Shown: positions 60,125 to 64,000 of the stretch, piece by piece
Numbering within the stretch: the stretch's first letter is position 1
How the letters are laid out: each line of letters opens with the position of its first letter
Assembly (NCBI GenBank): GCA_020184695.1
Contig: JAANOX010000026.1
Coordinates: 62,001-126,000, forward strand
DNA from: Histomonas meleagridis 2922-C6/04-290x
Taxonomy: Eukaryota > Protista > Parabasalia
Length of the DNA: 64,000 bases
Reading direction: 5' to 3'
Position numbers and translations under genes: made by a program
The notes under the pieces: generated by a model
Database searches by the model: none
Told to the model about the DNA's origin: nothing
What the model saw: the letters and a program-made list of their open reading frames with translations, nothing else

Positions 60125-62476
60125 TTATATTATTGTATGATTAACAAGTACTGTATCGCTTATAGAGAAAGCATTTTGAAATGGATATAAATATTTTGGG
60201 AACAATTTTAGAAAGTCTGTTAATTCTGATGTGTGTTGATTCCAATTAAAAGCAATGTCAACCAACACCGGATCTTTATATCTAATAACAAACGAGAGTT
60301 TTGTGTAATCGTTTACAGGAGAAATACGAACAACAAATCTCGTTTCATTATATACATTGAAATGTGTAATTTTATGATGAAACTCATCAATTTTTTCAAC
60401 ACATTTATTTTTAGTACCAGGACAACGGATAATTATATTTACATTTTTCATTCCATAATTATTTTTAGGAATAATGAATGTAATATTTTTGATGTTTTTG
60501 TTCAACTTTTTTGTAATCAATTCAAATTCCGGCCAGTTTTTAATAAAGTTTGGAATTTTAGACGATACGTTTTTATAAATACAATCATAGTTCTTTAGAG
60601 GATGAACTTTATTATATTGAAGTTTTATGTCAATAGTATTATTATTTAAAAATCGTTGAGAATATATCATTGGCAAAAGCCTTTTTTTAGATAATAATAC
60701 TATTGACATAAAACTTTGTTCTTCATCAATTATATGAGAAATATTTATTGGTAATTTAAATTGTTTATGAAAACATTTACAAGAAAGTAACAAAAGAATT
60801 ATTATCGAAACAATAACAATTCCGAAAGGAAATTGTTTTTTAGGTCTTATCGAAATAGGTGCCACGATTAATGTATAATTAAATAATAAATAACATATTA
60901 AAATAATTGGAATTAAATCGGATATAACTTTTGGTGATGTCATATATATTAACATTATAGTTCTATATGAATAATACCATGAAACTAAAAAAGGAAATTG
61001 ACAACAAAAGTTTACTATCATTGAAAAAAATGGAATTGGTAAAGTCACAATTACGATTGCTGAAGCTATTAATTGTATTTTAAAAATTAATGAAATATCA
61101 TAATAATGAGTCGAAAGATATAAAAAGATATTAATTAGTAATGAACAATATTGATAATATTGTGGACGAAAATTTGAGCGTAATATAAAATACATTACTA
61201 AACAATATATAGTTATACCAACAAAAAATAATAACAAAAATGTTAAAATAGATGGTAAAACAAATGCTATTGGATTAAAACGTAATATAATTAACCCAAT
61301 TATTATCATGGAAACTAATATAAAAATAAAAGCAAAAATTATATGAAAAAAACATTTCAATAAATGAATCATCGAAAGATTATATTCTTGAAAAAAGATA
61401 AACATAACACTACATGAAAATACCAAAAAAGTAGTGGTAGACATTGCTGTTTCTATGTTAAATAGTAAAACAAATGGTGAAATACCAATTGCAATTTCAT
61501 CATGATTAATTCCAGTCTTATCATAATTATTAATAAAATTTAATAAAACATCTCCAGTTGTTTGGAGATCAGATGAAAATGATTTTCGGATTTTGTGATT
61601 ATATGAATATGGTTCTGATGCCTTCCCAAAAAATACTGCTTCACCACCGGGTAAACCATTCAACTTGAAAAGGTGCGATACAGAAATTCTATCAAAAAGA
61701 TGCGTTTTGAATAAGTCATTGGAAACGGTCGAAACAAGGGCGCCCCGTTTAGATACCCAAGAATCAATTTCAACACTTGATGATGTTCCTTTATGACTAA
61801 AAATTAAAGGAGGTCTTGGACAGAGAACTTCAAGATTTAAAAACCCTGATATGTTATGTGTATGATTTAGATAAAGAGTTGTTCCATGAAGACCATGTGA
61901 TTGTCCTCCAATAAAAAGAAGCTGAATTGGAATATTAAGAGGTTGAGTAGATTCAACTAATGTCTGAGAAAGTTCTAACATTGATGAAGCACCTGTTGGA
62001 TTAATCGATAATCCTGGAATGAAAGGTTGTGGTGAAATTTGAGAGCTTATTAAAAATGGAGCCATTAATGCAGTAGAATTAATTGGTGATAAGGTTACAA
62101 CAATATTACGAACATCCTTTTGGAAAGACATAATTGGTGAAAGATAATTTTCAGCAACAACACCATGTTGTTCTAAAATTGTAAAATTAATTATTTTCTT
62201 GGAAATTGCAATTTTTTGAATTTCGAAAAGTTGATTTAAAATATAATCATAACTATTGTCATAATCTTTTTGTGCTAATTGATAATAAGGTTTTGGTAAA
62301 GCAATTTTTTGGAAATGATTAATACATCTGTTACCTGAGAATCTTCCATTTTTTGGGTTTACACTTTTTGATTTCTGGAAAAATATATATAATGAAAACC
62401 CACAATATATAAGCAGTGGATCTATTAGCACTAGCAGTATGACCGATTTTGGAGAAATTAAATTCCCTTGGGTCAT
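60125..62476 (-). CDS. ERMP1/peptidase-M28-like multi-pass membrane protein, catalytic residues degenerate
   Basis: GASSMLELSQ, LLFIGGQSHGLHG and FLNLE luminal domain, then ~8 TM; first ATG at 62476. Confidence 0.65.
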   Translation of the reverse strand: MTQGNLISPKSVILLVLIDPLLIYCGFSLYIFFQKSKSVNPKNGRFSGNRCINHFQKIALPKPYYQLAQKDYDNSYDYILNQLFEIQKIAISKKIINFTILEQHGVVAENYLSPIMSFQKDVRNIVVTLSPINSTALMAPFLISSQISPQPFIPGLSINPTGASSMLELSQTLVESTQPLNIPIQLLFIGGQSHGLHGTTLYLNHTHNISGFLNLEVLCPRPPLIFSHKGTSSSVEIDSWVSKRGALVSTVSNDLFKTHLFDRISVSHLFKLNGLPGGEAVFFGKASEPYSYNHKIRKSFSSDLQTTGDVLLNFINNYDKTGINHDEIAIGISPFVLLFNIETAMSTTTFLVFSCSVMFIFFQEYNLSMIHLLKCFFHIIFAFIFILVSMIIIGLIILRFNPIAFVLPSILTFLLLFFVGITIYCLVMYFILRSNFRPQYYQYCSLLINIFLYLSTHYYDISLIFKIQLIASAIVIVTLPIPFFSMIVNFCCQFPFLVSWYYSYRTIMLIYMTSPKVISDLIPIILICYLLFNYTLIVAPISIRPKKQFPFGIVIVSIIILLLLSCKCFHKQFKLPINISHIIDEEQSFMSIVLLSKKRLLPMIYSQRFLNNNTIDIKLQYNKVHPLKNYDCIYKNVSSKIPNFIKNWPEFELITKKLNKNIKNITFIIPKNNYGMKNVNIIIRCPGTKNKCVEKIDEFHHKITHFNVYNETRFVVRISPVNDYTKLSFVIRYKDPVLVDIAFNWNQHTSELTDFLKLFPKYLYPFQNAFSISDTVLVNHTII

Positions 62477-62610
62477 GCTGCTGCTTTTATTTAGATAAAA
62501 GTATGAATAAACGCTCACAAATATATTGTATAGTTTATTTCCGTCCTGGTGAACGTTACTTTATCCACAAAATTTTAAACGGACGTAATTTGGGGTGAAG
62601 AAATTAGAAA

Positions 62611-64000
62611 ATGGGCGATTTTCTTAATAGGAAAACTAATAAAGTATGTCAACAATTTCAAGAACTTTATAATTACACAAGATATGAAGAATCTGAGCTC
62701 GAACCATATATTAGAAAAATATTTCCAAATGGTAATCCACCAGATTTTATCACAAATTCTTTAATTTTTAGCCCATTAACTATATCATTTGATAATGACA
62801 TCTCTAAAATTCAACAATCAATCAGAAGCAAACAGCATCAACTCCAAAGTTTACTTGAACATAAAAATCGCTTACAAAATCGTAAAACCAATGTTAATAC
62901 CAAGGAAATCATTCAAAAATTACGAGATGATATACAAGCACTTGAAGCAGAATTAAAAGAAATATCATCATCAAATACGTATTCATATACTTATACATAT
63001 GACAAGAGCGCCTTACTTCTAAAATATAATTCTGAGATTGCCACACAAGAAGAATCAGCACGTCAACTTCAATTAGAAATCCAAGAACTTGAATATCAAC
63101 TTAAAGAATGCATGAGTGAACTTAATAAAACTCAAGCAACAAATGCGATGTTTAAAGAACAATTCGACAAATCTACAAAAGCACTTGTAGACTATAGACG
63201 AACCTTAAAGCGTCTGAACGTTGCTGCTGATGAACTGAACAAAAACCGTCAGCAACTTTTTCAACGCAGTCAAAATCTCACACAATTAATTCAAGAGCTC
63301 CAAATCAGCAAAAACAACAATGAGAAAGAAATTCATTCTCTAGATGAACAAGTTATGGAATATCAACAACTAATTTCATCATATCAATTTTTAGAAGATC
63401 AAATTAATGATCAAGGAAAACAACAAGAAAATGCATTAATGAAAATGGTTGAAGCTGTAGAACGCTATGAAGAATATAATGCTGAGACTCAAAAGAGCAT
63501 AATGTTACGTGATTCATATTTACAAGAAATTAAACGATTAAAAGAATTAGTTAATACAACAACAAAACAATTTGAAGCATCATTAAATGAACATGAAAAA
63601 TTTCTTCGAAACAAATTCGAAGAAGTCATTGAACAAATTCGACAAAAAATATTTTCACTTGAAACAGAAAATCTTCACCTTAAAAAAGATAAAGAAAATT
63701 ATCTTCAACGATTAGTTACATCAAAACAAGAAAATCATCTTTTAAAGATCGCGAAAGAAGATTTAGGCTTTACAAAGTTTATCGAAACTATGGCACATCT
63801 TAAAGCTGAAATAGAATCGTTATATTCGAAACGTAATCAACTTAATTCCGACATAACAAAATCGACGAATAACATCGATGAAATTAATAGTCAACTTATA
63901 ATAACAGGAACAAACGCTCGAAATGAACAAACTGAAATGAAGAAAAGAATTCAAATGATTGAAACAGAAATCGAATTACAAAAATCGACTTTTGACGAAA
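62611..64000 (+). CDS. Long coiled-coil protein, 5' part (runs off window; absent from ORF track)
   Basis: ATG at 62611 (MGDFLNRKTNKVCQQF…); frame read as open to the window end; Q/E/K-rich heptads. Confidence 0.8.
   Translation, partial: MGDFLNRKTNKVCQQFQELYNYTRYEESELEPYIRKIFPNGNPPDFITNSLIFSPLTISFDNDISKIQQSIRSKQHQLQSLLEHKNRLQNRKTNVNTKEIIQKLRDDIQALEAELKEISSSNTYSYTYTYDKSALLLKYNSEIATQEESARQLQLEIQELEYQLKECMSELNKTQATNAMFKEQFDKSTKALVDYRRTLKRLNVAADELNKNRQQLFQRSQNLTQLIQELQISKNNNEKEIHSLDEQVMEYQQLISSYQFLEDQINDQGKQQENALMKMVEAVERYEEYNAETQKSIMLRDSYLQEIKRLKELVNTTTKQFEASLNEHEKFLRNKFEEVIEQIRQKIFSLETENLHLKKDKENYLQRLVTSKQENHLLKIAKEDLGFTKFIETMAHLKAEIESLYSKRNQLNSDITKSTNNIDEINSQLIITGTNARNEQTEMKKRIQMIETEIELQKSTFDE

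Noticed and set aside
62644-62680. Trichomonad intron starting GTATGT
   Set aside because: No ACTAAC…AG 3' element, and the reading frame is already open.

Overview
This is AT-rich, gene-dense eukaryotic DNA from a parabasalid protist. A Tritrichomonas-like trichomonad is inferred from BspA-type LRR surface proteins, DUF3447-ankyrin genes, an R2R3 Myb, an SHMT with a hydrogenosome-type presequence, essentially intron-free genes and very short intergenic regions. Housekeeping content includes SHMT, RRM, importin-alpha/beta-like ARM/HEAT proteins, NASP-like TPR, kinesin, ERGIC3/Erv46, CAF1, an AAA ATPase, an HRD1-like E3, a PROPPIN, MyTH4-RhoGAP, an LPA1-like P-loop NTPase and an M28-like protein. 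There are three tRNAs (Glu-TTC, His-GTG, Glu-CTC), a rearranged surface-protein/pseudogene zone at about 2.8-13.3 kb, transposon remnants (P-element-like; Tc1/mariner with a C-terminal Myb domain; a MITE) and candidate horizontally acquired domains (Bacteroidetes-type fimbrillin, Fic). The standout signal is the DUF3447-ankyrin gene at 51900-55168 (-). Every ankyrin repeat is interrupted at the same point by an AT-rich, stop-containing spacer (12 spacers; ten of exactly 77 nt, one of 63, one of 78). The spacers lack GT-AG or trichomonad splice signals and share a conserved 3' motif, while the 93-nt repeat cores stay stop-free and in frame. This suggests a non-canonical intron, excision or bypass system. 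Two recurring palindromic promoter motifs (AACGnnCGTT and GGGYRCCC) are also visible. All family assignments come from motif recognition by eye, not database searches.
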